This document shows, piece by piece, positions 20,219 through 30,468 of a stretch of DNA of 64,000 nt. The notes under the pieces were generated by a model. It had not been told where the DNA came from and ran no database searches. It saw nothing but the letters and a program-made list of their open reading frames with translations. Position numbers and translations under genes: made by a program. How positions within the stretch are numbered: position 1 is the stretch's first letter; the number at the start of each line of letters is the position of its first letter. The stretch spans positions 1,120,001 through 1,184,000 of the forward strand of contig CBDAOI010000004.1 in assembly GCA_965198005.1 (NCBI GenBank), read 5' to 3'. Source of the stretch: Spirochaetia bacterium. GTDB lineage: Bacteria; Spirochaetota; Spirochaetia; SZUA-6; Bin103.

Positions 20219-20992
20219 TTACTGCGCCAGATAGCCTCCATCCACCGGTAGCGCGACGCCGGTAACGAACGACGCCGAGTCCGAGCACAGCCACAGGACC
20301 GCGCTGGCGATCTCTTCGGGCTGCCCCATCCGGCCGCCGGGGTAGGCCCGCACCAAGTGCTCCTTGCGCTCCGGGTTCTCGAGATAGGAGCGAGTCATCG
20401 GCGTTTCGATATGTCCGGGACACACCGCGTTAACCCGAATGCCCGCCGTGGCGCAGTCGAGCGCCGCACACTTGGTCAGCCCAACGACCCCGTGCTTGCT
20501 GGCGTTGTAGGCAGGCTGCCGCTCGCCGATCATGCCATCGGTGCCGCTACCTGCCAGCCCCCAGATCGAGGCGACATTACAGATGGAGCCCCTGCCTGCC
20601 GGGACCATGTGGCGCAGCTGCTGCTGCATGCAAAGGAACACGCCGCTGAGGTTGATGCTGATGGTCTGCTGCCAGCGCTCCCACGAGAGCTCCAGAATCG
20701 ACTGGCCCTCGCCACCGACACCGGCAGCGTTGAGCGCGCAGTCGAGCTGGCCGTACGCGTCGACGGCCGCTTGCGTCATCGCCTCGACCGCCGCTGGGTC
20801 GGTAACGTCGGCCGCGAGGGCAATCGCCTTGCCTCCAGCCGCCTCGATGGCATGAGCCGTCTCTTCGGCGCCCTGGCGGTTCGCGTCGGTCACCGCCACA
20901 CGCGCCCCTTCCCGCGCGAACGCCACCGCGGTCGTGCGGCCAATACCCGAGCCGCCGCCCGTAATCAGTGCCACCTTGCCGTCGAACATCAT
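20219..20992 (-). CDS. Short-chain dehydrogenase/reductase
   Basis: TGGGSGIG, YNASKHG, IRVNAVCPG, VDGG. Confidence 0.95.
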   Translation of the reverse strand: MMFDGKVALITGGGSGIGRTTAVAFAREGARVAVTDANRQGAEETAHAIEAAGGKAIALAADVTDPAAVEAMTQAAVDAYGQLDCALNAAGVGGEGQSILELSWERWQQTISINLSGVFLCMQQQLRHMVPAGRGSICNVASIWGLAGSGTDGMIGERQPAYNASKHGVVGLTKCAALDCATAGIRVNAVCPGHIETPMTRSYLENPERKEHLVRAYPGGRMGQPEEIASAVLWLCSDSASFVTGVALPVDGGYLAQ

Positions 20993-21796
20993 CGCGCACT
21001 CACCGGCGCGCGCCGCGCCGCCACCCTAACGAAGCGGTCGCTGATCATCAGCTCCGGTTCTAACATCGCCTTGAGTCTCCCTTCGTGGCACCGTCCTCTA
21101 TAATCTCCGTCCGCGTCAAGAGCGCCACAGCAGTTCTCGGTGAACGAGTGCTGGAGGCAGGTTGCACCACCGGCTGCGTTACCGCCAGCCGGTGGGAGCG
21201 CTGGGACGTGTCGTCACGCATCACCGTGCCCATGAGAATGCAGTAATCCACAGCGCGCGGCAAACAGTCAAGCTCTCCCACGCGATCACCTCATGATGTG
21301 GGGTGATGTGTACGGGACCCGTTCGGCGTTGGCCTTCCCTCGCGCGCGATTGCCCGGTGAGGTGTCGTCGGAGGTGGCGGTAAGCGACCTGGCACAGGCA
21401 GCGTCGTGGGGTCAGCTGGCAGGGCGCGCCGGCTGACCCACACCGGAGCCCAGGGTGGAGCCGTGCAGCAAGCGCCTGCTGGCGGCGCAGGGAGCACACC
21501 AGTCCCCCGGCCAGGTCTCCCGGCGCGGTTACCCGGACGCGGTATGCGCGGTACCCGGTCCGACGCAGGCACTAATATTAACCGCTCCGGCTGACCACCC
21601 CGCACGCTCCGCGCTGTGCCCGCCCGGCGGGTCGCGCACCTTCGACTGCACATCCCTTCGGCGACCGCCTCCGGAGCCGCACGCGCACCGTACCGCCGCT
21701 CGGTGGCGGCCGACTCGGCCCAGCGCCGAACCGGCCTGCCGGCCGTCCGCGCGTACATCGTCGGCCGCCACCGCCCCGTGCCCGGGGCCTCGCAGC

Positions 21797-21950
21797 GCGG
21801 CGGCAGTCCGAATCCGAGGAAGCTCAAGGACGCCTCGCTGATGATCACGCGGCTGGCGCTGTGGCCCGGCCTGTGCCTGACGGTCACCGTCTACAGTCTC
21901 AACCCTCGGCGACGCGGTGCGGGACCCGCTCGACCCGCGGCTGCGGGGTG
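21797..21950. pseudogene. Two dppC fragments in opposite orientations
   Basis: Minus-strand VIISEASLSFLGFGLPP abuts plus-strand LALWPGLCLTVTVYSLN..GDAVRD.LDPRLRG. Confidence 0.75.
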
Positions 21951-21992
21951 GCGTGGGGCGTCTGGGTGCCTGACAATGGGAAGCGGCTGAGA

Positions 21993-22379
21993 TCAGGCTG
22001 GCAGAGACAGGCTACGCCGGGCGCGGCTCCGTACTGCGGTTGCATGCCGCACCGCCTCGCGCGCAGACGACTTGTCAGCGGACTCGCCGGGGTAACGGAC
22101 CGAGACGGCGTACACAGTAAGGATCTCAAGGTGCGGGCGAGCGTCCCCCCAGACGCCATCGCGCGACAGGAGCAGGTCCAGGAGGGAAACAAGGTTGTGC
22201 GTCCTGCCAAACGGGATGGATTGCTCCTGGAGGATAGCCTTCAGGTACTTCTCAGCGCATTGCTGTGCGTGGAAGCAAGCAGCCTCGTAGTTGGGGTGCT
22301 TTCTCGCCCGCAACTCGCGGCCAGCGGTGGCGAAGTCACCCTCGGCCTTTTCGATCCACTCAAGCGTGAGCGGATTCAT
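21993..22379 (-). CDS. HEPN-domain protein (toxin of an MNT-HEPN pair)
   Basis: WIEKAEGD, ACFHAQQCAEKYLKA, RTHNL, RYPG. Confidence 0.9.
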   Translation of the reverse strand: MNPLTLEWIEKAEGDFATAGRELRARKHPNYEAACFHAQQCAEKYLKAILQEQSIPFGRTHNLVSLLDLLLSRDGVWGDARPHLEILTVYAVSVRYPGESADKSSAREAVRHATAVRSRARRSLSLPA

Positions 22380-22683
22380 AGAGCACTTCGCCCCGCTTCA
22401 CGACGTCCTTGAGGAAGAAGTCGTTCCATTTGAGGCGCTGGCGCATCTCCTGTGGGGTCCTCACGACGAGGTCGATGGGGATTCTCGACCTCACTCGGCG
22501 CACGATTTCGACGGCTTGCGCGACACCGCTGCCGCCGTGGTCCATGACCACGAGCAAGTCGACGTCCGAGTCCTCCGAAGGCGTGCCGTAGGCGTGAGAG
22601 CCGAACAGAATCACCTTTTCGGGCCTGAACTCCGCGGCGATGCGCTCCGCGAGAGCGTGGATCTCTGTTCTGGTCACGCGCAC
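22360..22683 (-). CDS. Minimal nucleotidyltransferase (MNT)
   Basis: ILFGSHAYG...DSDVDLLVV. Confidence 0.9.
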   Translation of the reverse strand: MRVTRTEIHALAERIAAEFRPEKVILFGSHAYGTPSEDSDVDLLVVMDHGGSGVAQAVEIVRRVRSRIPIDLVVRTPQEMRQRLKWNDFFLKDVVKRGEVLYESAHA

Positions 22684-22784
22684 GTTGGCATCTTACCATG
22701 CCGCAAGATAGCTGTGAGAAGCCTGCTTGCTTAGCCTGTTGCCCTGTTGACAGTTGGTCGCGGCGACCAGCGCTTGATTTCTCG

Positions 22785-23140
22785 TCGCGGCTCGCCGAGT
22801 CGTGGTCTGTATCCCCTGACGGCACCACGTGGACATTCAATCTCCGGAAGGGGGTCCAATTTCACAAGGGTTATGGGGAGATGACGGCTGATGACGTTAT
22901 CTTCTCCATGCAGGAACATGGGCGGGAGGGCTCGTTAAACGCCTTCGCCGCCGCTGTTCAAAGGACGTGGGGCGCGGAGGGTGGCTCGGTGTCGGCCCCG
23001 GACCCCTACACCGTTGTGGTGGATACCGGCACCTTCCAGTTCGACATGTTGGAGGTTGTTAGCCAGACCGGCCAACAGATCTTCAGCAAGAAGCAAGTGG
23101 AGGAGTTGGGCGTGGAAGCTGCCAGCCCCATAGGCGCTAA
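22785..23140 (+). pseudogene. dppA-type internal fragment
   Basis: [36 protein letters not shown]. Confidence 0.8.
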
Positions 23141-23149
23141 CAAACTTCC

Positions 23150-23700
23150 TGACCTCAGCCGGAATCAGGTGAAACGGTGGGCTGTGGGTCCGTCAGCAAC
23201 GCGCGCAGCAGCCTGCGGGCATTCGGTTTCTTGCCCTGGGCGCTGATTCACGGGCGCATCATGCGGGTCTGGGCGCGCTAGCAGCTGTGGGTGGGTGGTG
23301 ATCACTGGCACTTGGCGACCGTTGGCGAGCCGGCGCCGGATCTGGCGGACGGTGAGCCCGTTGCGCAGTACGATCGGTTGCTCGGCGAGGTCAACGGTGG
23401 TGGCACTGGTTCCAGCGGGCCCATGGATCAGTACCTCAAGCGGGTGGAAGTCCTCCTCCGGCCAGGTCGGGGGCCGCTTCCGGCACCACCCCCAGTTGCA
23501 GCAGGTGCGGCGCCACGTCCTGTTCGAGCGCCTGGTGCAGGCACAGCAGGGGCGTGCCCCCGAGGGCGTTGATCCAGTAGCTCACGGACGCTGGCAAACA
23601 CAGTTTCTGGCGCGCGACGAAGTGTTTCGGCAGCCGACCGTTGCGCCCGGCGTATACCTTCACGTGGCCGTCGACGGCCAGCGTCGCCCAGTCGTCCTTG
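23150..23700 (-). mobile_element. Putative transposase remnant with multiple deletions
   Basis: VDGHVKVYAG..LPKHFVARQKLCL...YWINALGGTPL and VRQIRRRLANGRQVPVITT in different frames. Confidence 0.5.
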
Positions 23701-23940
23701 TATGAAACCGCCCTGGCGGCAAAGACTGTTGAGGAGCAGCAGCCTGCGGTTAGAGAGGCAAATATGTACGTTGTAAAGAACCACTTGATTATTTGGGGTA
23801 CGAAGGTTCCTTCGTTCGGTGCGTCTTGGCCGTGGCTCAAAGGCTATAACGGTGAAGTCGCCATTCATGCTAATACCTACCTCCCCTTTTTCGCTCGCCT
23901 CTGGGTCGACCAGGATCTGAAGGAGGAGATGGGCTATTAG
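23700..23940 (+). pseudogene. dppA-type C-terminal fragment
   Basis: PWLKGYNGE...RLWVDQDLKEEMGY matches the end of the 13111-14903 gene. Confidence 0.8.
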
Positions 23941-24123
23941 GGGTTGCACCTCTTTTGACTGACCGTAGCTGTGGCTATGGCTAGAGCTGCTAGCTGCCTA
24001 GGGGGCTGGGAGGTTCGAGCTCTCAGCCCCCTTTCATTGCGTCATGAACCGGGACGCCGGCGTTCCTGGTGGACGAGGGCATCGACAACCTGGCCCGCTA
24101 GCTCCATCAGCCATCGCCGACGA

Positions 24124-24285
24124 CCTGCGACAGGATTACGTGCGGACCGCCTGGGCCAAGGGCCTCAAGGAGCGGAGGCTGGTGCTACGCCACGCGGTGA
24201 AGAACGCGCTCATCCCGGTGGCTGGGGTGACGCCGAACTGTTCCTGGACACGCTGAAGGAGCTGTTCGAAGGCACCGAAGAGTTG
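24124..24285 (+). pseudogene. dppB fragment fused to a short AAA/PD-(D/E)XK fragment
   Basis: LRQDYVRTAWAKGL...KNALIPV, then LFLDTLKELFEG.EEL (matches 32257-32305). Confidence 0.7.
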
Positions 24286-24308
24286 GCGGTCATGGCGACC
24301 GTCCAACT

Positions 24309-24695
24309 CTACCAGAGGATCGACACCGGATAGCCCTTGATGAGCGGGTCCGGCGTAACCAGAGAGCAGCCATCCATGATCGCCTGGGCAACCAGGATGC
24401 GGTCGAACGGATCCCTGTGGCGGGCGGGAAGCTTGACCAATGCCAGCGTAGCGTCCTCGTTGATCGGCAGCGGCTCGATACCGTGCAGTTCTCGTTGCCG
24501 AGGAAGGTAGTCATCTACCGGTAGGGTCAACTCCAGGCGCCCGAGCGCATGTTTGATGACGATCTCCCAAGCCGACGCGGCGCTCAAGTAGACTTCGTTG
24601 GCCGGATCAACGATGGCGTCGCGTGCTCGTGCGCTAAGGCTCGGATGGTCATCGACCAACCAAAGGAACGTGCACGTATCCAGCAGCAGGCGCAT
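24309..24695 (-). CDS. vapC: VapC PIN-domain toxin
   Basis: MRLLLDTCTFLW, SAASAWEI, HRDPFDRILVAQA. Confidence 0.9.
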   Translation of the reverse strand: MRLLLDTCTFLWLVDDHPSLSARARDAIVDPANEVYLSAASAWEIVIKHALGRLELTLPVDDYLPRQRELHGIEPLPINEDATLALVKLPARHRDPFDRILVAQAIMDGCSLVTPDPLIKGYPVSILW

Positions 24696-24958
24696 CAGCC
24701 GGCGCCCGGTTGCGCACCGCTGTCGAACAGGTCGAGCACCTCATCCGGCAGCGGCGCAAAGAAGCTCTCGGGAATGGTTGCGAGCCCCTTACCGAGGCCT
24801 ACCGAGCGGGGAGCCGAGCGTGGGGCCGGCAGGGGACGGATCTCCGCAATCGGCCGGTTGCGCCGGCACAGAATGATGCGGTCCCGCGCGCCGAGGGCCG
24901 CGAGATGCTCGGAAAGATGCGTCTTGGCTTGGTGTATGTTCAGGGTCTTGACCGACAT
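24695..24958 (-). CDS. Phd/YefM antitoxin
   Basis: NIHQAKTHLS...RRNRPIAEI...FFAPLP. Confidence 0.85.
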   Translation of the reverse strand: MSVKTLNIHQAKTHLSEHLAALGARDRIILCRRNRPIAEIRPLPAPRSAPRSVGLGKGLATIPESFFAPLPDEVLDLFDSGAQPGAG

Positions 24959-25274
24959 GGTCAGAAAGTAAACCATATTTCGAGTCGAGTCAATCTGCGC
25001 CACGATGAATTGAGCGACTGACGCGCCGGGTGAGGCACAATGTAGGACCGGGTGTCAGCGGAGTGTCAGCGGAGCGCTGGGTGGGTGAGTTGCAGCGTGC
25101 GGCCGGCGGCGACGCCGGCCAGGTCGCGCTCCAGGTTCGCCAGTCCCAGGCCGTCTCAGACTCTGCCGGAATGGAGTCTGCCACTCCCGTACCTCCGTTA
25201 CCGTGCCCCCACGCAAACGAAACTCGCCCTTGCACTCTCGGATGAGACTCCCGAAGTGCTAAAAAGCTAGCTAG

Positions 25275-26336
25275 CTAGATCGCGAACCAGGGTCTGACGT
25301 CGATGCCGTCGCGGCGTTGGTGGTCGTGGCCGGCGTAGAGCAGCGTTGCCCGATCGGTGTCTACTCCGGCATGCCGGCACCACCAGCGCAGGCCTGCGGT
25401 CATGGCTGATACCACGGTCTCGGCTGACTTGATTTCCACGGGATGGGGCTCGCCGTCGTGTTCGATCACCAGATCGATTTCGTGGCCGGTCCGGTCGCGC
25501 CAGAAGTACAGCGGCGGCTGCAGCCGGTGATGACGATACGCCTTTACCACCTCGGCCACGACGTAGTTCTCGAACAGTGCGCCCCGCAGATGGTGGGTGG
25601 CCAGTTGGCGCTCGCTGCGAATGCCGAGCAGATGACACGCGAGCCCGGTGTCGACCAGGTAGAGCTTCGGACTCTTCACCAGCCGCTTGTTGAAGTTGCG
25701 ATGGTAGGGGCGGAGCAACCGTTCGAAGGTTTCCAGGTCACCGACGTTGAGCAGGGCCCGCACGTCGCGGGCGAGGTAGGTCTGAACGTAGTCGGGTAGC
25801 CAGATTTCGGGAGGGATGGCCCGATCGTGGATGCGCGGGTAGAAACCGGTGCGCACGGTGGACCAGAGATCGAGTTGCGTGGCGCGGTTGGAGAACAACG
25901 CACCGGGCTGGCCGGGAGCGGCGTGCGGTTGCGACTCCAACTCCGCGCGTGACAGGGGCAACAGATGGAGGATTCCGGTTCGCCCCGCCAGAGTCTGCGA
26001 TATCCTGTCCATCAGTAGGAGATTCTGAGATCCGGTTAGCACGTAGGTTCCCGCGTGGTCCGGGTGATCGACCGCAACCTGGATCGCGGAGAGGATGTCC
26101 GGGACCCGCTGGACCTCGTCGATGATGACCGGTGGACGGTAGCGGGACAGAAAGCCGTGGGGATCGTCACGGGCGAACCGGCGCGGCTCCGTGTCTTCCA
26201 GGTTGACGTAATCGAAGTCGGGAAAGGTCGTGCGCGCCAGGGTCGTCTTCCCCGATTGGCGCGGGCCGGTCAGGGTGATCACCGGATAGTACCGGGCGTC
26301 GCGCACCAGCAACGGACCAAGCGTACGGGCAAGCAT
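25275..26336 (-). CDS. AAA_14 + DUF4143 ATPase, with in-frame internal deletion
   Basis: GPRQSGKTT, IIDEVQ, LTGSQ, KSPKLY, GALFEN, EIDL..VEIKS; the winged-helix stretch between ETFERLL and RPYH appears missing. Confidence 0.8.
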   Translation of the reverse strand: MLARTLGPLLVRDARYYPVITLTGPRQSGKTTLARTTFPDFDYVNLEDTEPRRFARDDPHGFLSRYRPPVIIDEVQRVPDILSAIQVAVDHPDHAGTYVLTGSQNLLLMDRISQTLAGRTGILHLLPLSRAELESQPHAAPGQPGALFSNRATQLDLWSTVRTGFYPRIHDRAIPPEIWLPDYVQTYLARDVRALLNVGDLETFERLLRPYHRNFNKRLVKSPKLYLVDTGLACHLLGIRSERQLATHHLRGALFENYVVAEVVKAYRHHRLQPPLYFWRDRTGHEIDLVIEHDGEPHPVEIKSAETVVSAMTAGLRWWCRHAGVDTDRATLLYAGHDHQRRDGIDVRPWFAI

Positions 26337-26771
26337 ATGACAAATCTACGATCTAGTCGTCAATTTGGCAATATGGGGCGACCGCCCCCACCCACGAAAG
26401 GCAGTTGACGTGCTTGCCGCAATGCGTACTCGTCGGGTCATCTGCGCGGCCCGCACTGTCGTCGACGGCGAACACGGTGCTCGGCGCGAAGTCGTCGCGA
26501 CTGCGGAGTCCCGCCGTCGGTCCCTTCACGCATTGCACAACGAACCGCGCGCGGCTATCGGTGCGGCCATGCGATCACCGTCGTGCTCGCAACGACCGAC
26601 GGCGGTCCTAGTCTGGGCCGTCGCAGCCGAGCTTGCACGTCGCACGAGGTCACTGTATGGTGACCGGAACAAGATGGGAACGGAGAGTGATGCATCGATG
26701 AACGCCGCCGGGTCATCCGAACGCGCGATCTGTCGGCGATGCCGGTCCATGTCCTTGCGGCGGTCGGCGCG

Positions 26772-27490
26772 ATGACACCGGTCGAGTTCATCGCCAAGTG
26801 GCGAGCGTAGGAGTTGAAGGAACGCTCGGCGTCGAAGGAACACGTCATCGATCTGAGCCACCTACTCGGCGAGCCGACACCGGCGGACGCCGCCCCGGCG
26901 GGCGAGTGGTACTGCTTCGAGCGCGGCGCGCGCAAAGGACACCGGCGGCGATGGCTGGGCCGATGTCTGGAAGCGCGGCTGCTTCGCGTGGGAGTACAAG
27001 GGCCGCCGCGCCGACCTCGACGCGGCGTTCAATCAGTTTCGGCAGTCCGCATTCGCCTGACCCGCCGCTGCGCGATTGTCTCCGACATGGTGCGGTTCCA
27101 CATCCGCAGCCCAGCTGGACAAACAGCGTGAGCGTGACGCACGAGTTCACGCTCGACATTCGCCTGGGAGAACCCGCCGCTGCGGATTGTCTCCGACATG
27201 GTGCGGTTCCACATCCGCACCAGCTGGACAAACAGCGTGAGCGTGACGCACGAGTTCACGCTCGACAATCTCGCCGCTCGCGACAGGCTCAAGTGGGCGA
27301 TGTCGGACCCGGAGCGGCTTCGGCCGGGCGAAACGCGGCAGACGGTGACGGAGCGCGCGGCGGCGACCTTCGCGGGTGCTTGCCCTGTACAATGCGCGCC
27401 CGCAGTGGCTCTCTGATGCCCATGCGGCCTGTGGTGCCGCCATCGCAGCGGCCTACGGGTGGGATGAGGGGATTCCTGAAGATGAAACAT
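26772..27490 (+). pseudogene. MmeI-like type IIL restriction-modification gene remnant
   Basis: MTPVEFIAKWR, YCFERGA, GWADVWKRGCFAWEYK, WTNSVS, C-terminal LYNARPQWL..AH...AAAYGW; methylase core deleted, with stops and frameshifts. Confidence 0.7.
27061..27268 (+). repeat. ~100 bp tandem duplication inside the MmeI remnant
   Basis: cccgccgctgcg..gagttcacgctcgaca occurs twice (27061, 27173). Confidence 0.85.
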
Positions 27491-28030
27491 CTGATGTACT
27501 GGATACTCGCTGCGATCTCGCTTTCCGGGTGCAGCAGCGTCGCGAAGACACCGTCCGACTTCAGCGCAAGCGAGAGCGACAGGACGGTGAGCGCCGGTGC
27601 GGGGTTCGGTGAGTTTGATCGGGTGAACTGGACCGTAACCTGTGGGCTGCCAACACGGGACAACCCACTTATCGACCTCCTCTCGACCCAATTTGAGCTT
27701 GGGCCGTTCGCCCGAAACGCAGGCCACATGCTGGCAAAGAAACTCAATCGGCCCCATCCCGAAGGGGGCCTCAGCACCGAGATGTGGGTGCTCTCGCCCG
27801 TCCTCGGGGAGTGGTGGAGACTCAAAGCAATCCGGGTCCACCCGGAGGATCTCCCGAAGCTCACCTCGAACGCGGTCAAAGACATAGACTACCGCGACGT
27901 CCGCCAGATCGTGAACTCGCCATTCCTGCCAGAGCCCATCGTGGTGCGCGGAGGCGACGAGGAGGCAGTGGTGGATGTGCAGATACTGGCTCGGCTGCCT
28001 GAGGTCTCCCGACTGCGATGCAGGCCGTAG
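27482..28030 (+). CDS. Putative lipoprotein
   Basis: MKHLMYWILAAISLSGC lipobox. Confidence 0.55.
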   Translation: MKHLMYWILAAISLSGCSSVAKTPSDFSASESDRTVSAGAGFGEFDRVNWTVTCGLPTRDNPLIDLLSTQFELGPFARNAGHMLAKKLNRPHPEGGLSTEMWVLSPVLGEWWRLKAIRVHPEDLPKLTSNAVKDIDYRDVRQIVNSPFLPEPIVVRGGDEEAVVDVQILARLPEVSRLRCRP

Positions 28031-28136
28031 TCCGTTCCGGTGGAGTTCTACCGCAGACAGAAACGGACCAGACTGCCATGGTACGTCCCGACTGCTATAA
28101 CCGCCGAACACGAAACGGAGCCGAGTAACGCGAACG

Positions 28137-28670
28137 ATGGAACCTTTGGTCGTCCTCCTCGTCATCGCGGCGGGGTTGTACTTTGTTCTCCAGGGATTGT
28201 TCAGGAAGCGCCCGCGCAAGCGACGCCGCCCCCGCCGACAACGCCGCACGGGTACGCTCGCCGGGAAAGCCTACGTCACCGACGGCGACGGGATTCGCGT
28301 ATCCGGGCAGGAAGTACGGTTCGCCGGTCTCGACGCGCCCGAGTGGGATCAGCGGGCCAAGCACGAGGACGGCTACTGGTTCGGACATGGAAAGCGTGTG
28401 AAGAGCGCCTTGATCCGCGAGATCGGCGGCAAGCGAGTTCACGTCACGGTCGAGGACTATGACAAATTTGGACGTGCGGTCGGCATCGTAACCTGCAACG
28501 GCAAGGATGTCGGGGAGTGGCTCGTCCGGGAAGGACACGCGATCGCTGCCTATAGCGACCAGTACAAGCACATAGAGCGGGAAGCGCGACAGTCCAAGCG
28601 GGGAATGTGGGGCCATGCTGTCAACATCGACCCCCGGCGGTGGCGGCATCGGAGTACGTCGCGGAGTTAG
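28137..28670 (+). CDS. Thermonuclease (SNase) family protein with N-terminal membrane anchor
   Basis: VTDGDGI, VRFAGLDAPE, DKFGRAV, LVREGHA, EREARQSKRGMW. Confidence 0.9.
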   Translation: MEPLVVLLVIAAGLYFVLQGLFRKRPRKRRRPRRQRRTGTLAGKAYVTDGDGIRVSGQEVRFAGLDAPEWDQRAKHEDGYWFGHGKRVKSALIREIGGKRVHVTVEDYDKFGRAVGIVTCNGKDVGEWLVREGHAIAAYSDQYKHIEREARQSKRGMWGHAVNIDPRRWRHRSTSRS

Positions 28671-28742
28671 TCCCCGGCGCTGTCTCTCGGGCTTCGTCGT
28701 GGTGCATCGCAATCCCCCCGGCACCGGACACCGTGTTGGATT

Positions 28743-28965
28743 TCAGATCCAGCGCCCGTACCTGCGGCGCGAGCGCGGACGGGAAGGCGACGACAAGACT
28801 TGGAGATTCATCGCATCGGCGATCAGGCTCCCGACCTTCTCCGCCGTCTCGACCAGATGACCATCGGCAAGATGAGCATAGCCTGCGGTGGTCTCGTGGC
28901 GCCGGTGACCGAGCAGCTTGCCCACGAGCGGCAGGTTCTCGCCCGACATGACGGCGTGGCTCGCC
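28743..28965 (-). pseudogene. Tyrosine integrase C-terminal fragment
   Basis: GENLPLVGKLLGH...TTAGYAHLAD. Confidence 0.75.
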
Positions 28966-29154
28966 GCCTGTGGCGGAGGTCGTGCAGCCGGACCTTGCCA
29001 AGATTGGCGCCGCCGGAGACCGCCTGCCAGCAGGCGACGACTCGGTGTGCGTGTCTGCTATTGCAGGATTTTCCGTCTACTCATGCGACGGCGGGCGGAG
29101 GCAGGAAAGGCACCATCCATCGGTGCGTCCGTTTTGCCTGCCGTCGGGCCGTGG

Positions 29155-29403
29155 TCAGCGGTAGGTTACGGTGGGCGCGTCAATGGGCAACAGATGGTGT
29201 TGCGCGCGAACGGTACGCAGCAGCGGATCCTCCGGGTCGGAGAATCCCTCGGCGAATTCGCCAAGCGCGGTGGCTGAGAGGCACAGTTCCAGGTCCGGGG
29301 CCACCGCCAGGAAGCGATGCGCGGGGCCGCCGGCTTCGTTCCGCCGCCGCTCCCGCTGCAGGTCGATGAGAAACGTGGTGTCGAACGCTATTCTGTCCGC
29401 CAC
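29155..29403 (-). pseudogene. vapC: VapC PIN toxin, C-terminally truncated
   Basis: IAFDTTFLIDL, SATALGEF; ends after 82 aa without the DxxIAA motif. Confidence 0.7.
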
Positions 29404-29632
29404 GGATTCTCCGGCGCCACATCGGTAAGTTGTGCCGCATCCAGGCCTCGAGTGACGCCTCGCTCATGACCGGCAACCGCTCGAACGCGGCAAGCATGCC
29501 GGCTGCCGTTCGTGGCTCGGGTGGCCAGATGGCACGCTTGATCACCTTCGAGAAGGAGTCGTCCGGTGACCGGCGGGCGCTGCGCAACCGTTCATACGCC
29601 TCCAGATCGATGGTGATTGTCTTCGTGGCCAT
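29388..29632 (-). CDS. VapB-like antitoxin (DUF217-type), 1-bp frameshift near 29445
   Basis: MATKTITIDLEAYERL...DSFSKVIKR; the alternate frame ends ENPWRTE* over the vapC start. Confidence 0.65.
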
Positions 29633-29763
29633 ACATGTATGTGTACACGTATGTGTATTCGGTCGTCAAGCGCCTCGCTTTGTGACCCACACAACAGGCC
29701 TGAACGGGAATCATGTGCTCACGGACGTTCAGTATGACCGAGGAACCTGGAAGGAGTAGCCGG

Positions 29764-30165
29764 ATGATCGCAGAGTTGGAACGACTGTCCGAGGCATGGA
29801 CACAGATGGGCGAGGTCTTGTCCGTCCCCCACACCGAAGCCGAATACTTGCGGATCAGCGCGTTCCTCGACCTCGTGGTCGACGAAGTAGGGGAGCATGA
29901 TTCGCATCCGTTGGCCTCAATGATGGAGACGCTGGGTACCCTGGTTGATGCCTATGAGCGGGAACACGTCAGGGAGTTCCCGGGCGGTCCGGCTGCTGTC
30001 CTGCGGCTCTTGATGGATGAACATGGGTTGAGCCAATCCGACCTGCCGGAAGTCGGCAGTCAGGGTGTCGTCTCGGAGATCCTGCGCGGGAGGCGGCAGG
30101 TCAACGTCCGGCAGGTGCGAGCGCTCAGCGAGCGGTTCGGGGTTTCCCCGGCGGTGTTCATTTAG
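29764..30165 (+). CDS. higA: HigA antitoxin; only the HigB tail (HVLTDVQYDRGTWKE*, 29712-29759) remains upstream
   Basis: LVDEVGE..HPLA, LMDEHGLSQSDLPEVGSQGVVSEILRGRR. Confidence 0.85.
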   Translation: MIAELERLSEAWTQMGEVLSVPHTEAEYLRISAFLDLVVDEVGEHDSHPLASMMETLGTLVDAYEREHVREFPGGPAAVLRLLMDEHGLSQSDLPEVGSQGVVSEILRGRRQVNVRQVRALSERFGVSPAVFI

Positions 30166-30193
30166 TAGCGCCGAATCCCTCCGCGATGAAGCT

Positions 30194-30420
30194 TCAGACC
30201 CGTTCCTTGTTATAGCGGTGGCCGCCGTCGCCTACGTAGAGCTCGCAGCGGTCGGGGACGGAGGCCGCTTGGTAAACCTTGGCGAGTTGCGCGAAGGCGG
30301 CCTCGGTGTGGGCAACGGGGAAGATCGGGTCGTCGCGGCCGGCGACGGCCAGGAAGTGGCGCGGCGCGATCAGGCCGCCGATGTCGTGCATCTCGCCGAG
30401 GCGCAGGATGCCGGGCATCT
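30194..30420 (-). pseudogene. Alpha/beta hydrolase C-terminal fragment
   Basis: PGILRLGEM.D..GLIAPR...G.DDPIFP...GDGGHRY. Confidence 0.6.
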
Positions 30421-30468
30421 CCTGATCGACCTGGTCTATCCTTATATCGATCCCCGGGTTCGGCACGG

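Noticed and set aside
26798-27481. 410-aa ORF start upstream of the lipoprotein
   Set aside because: Off-frame reading of the MmeI remnant; the signal peptide begins at 27482.
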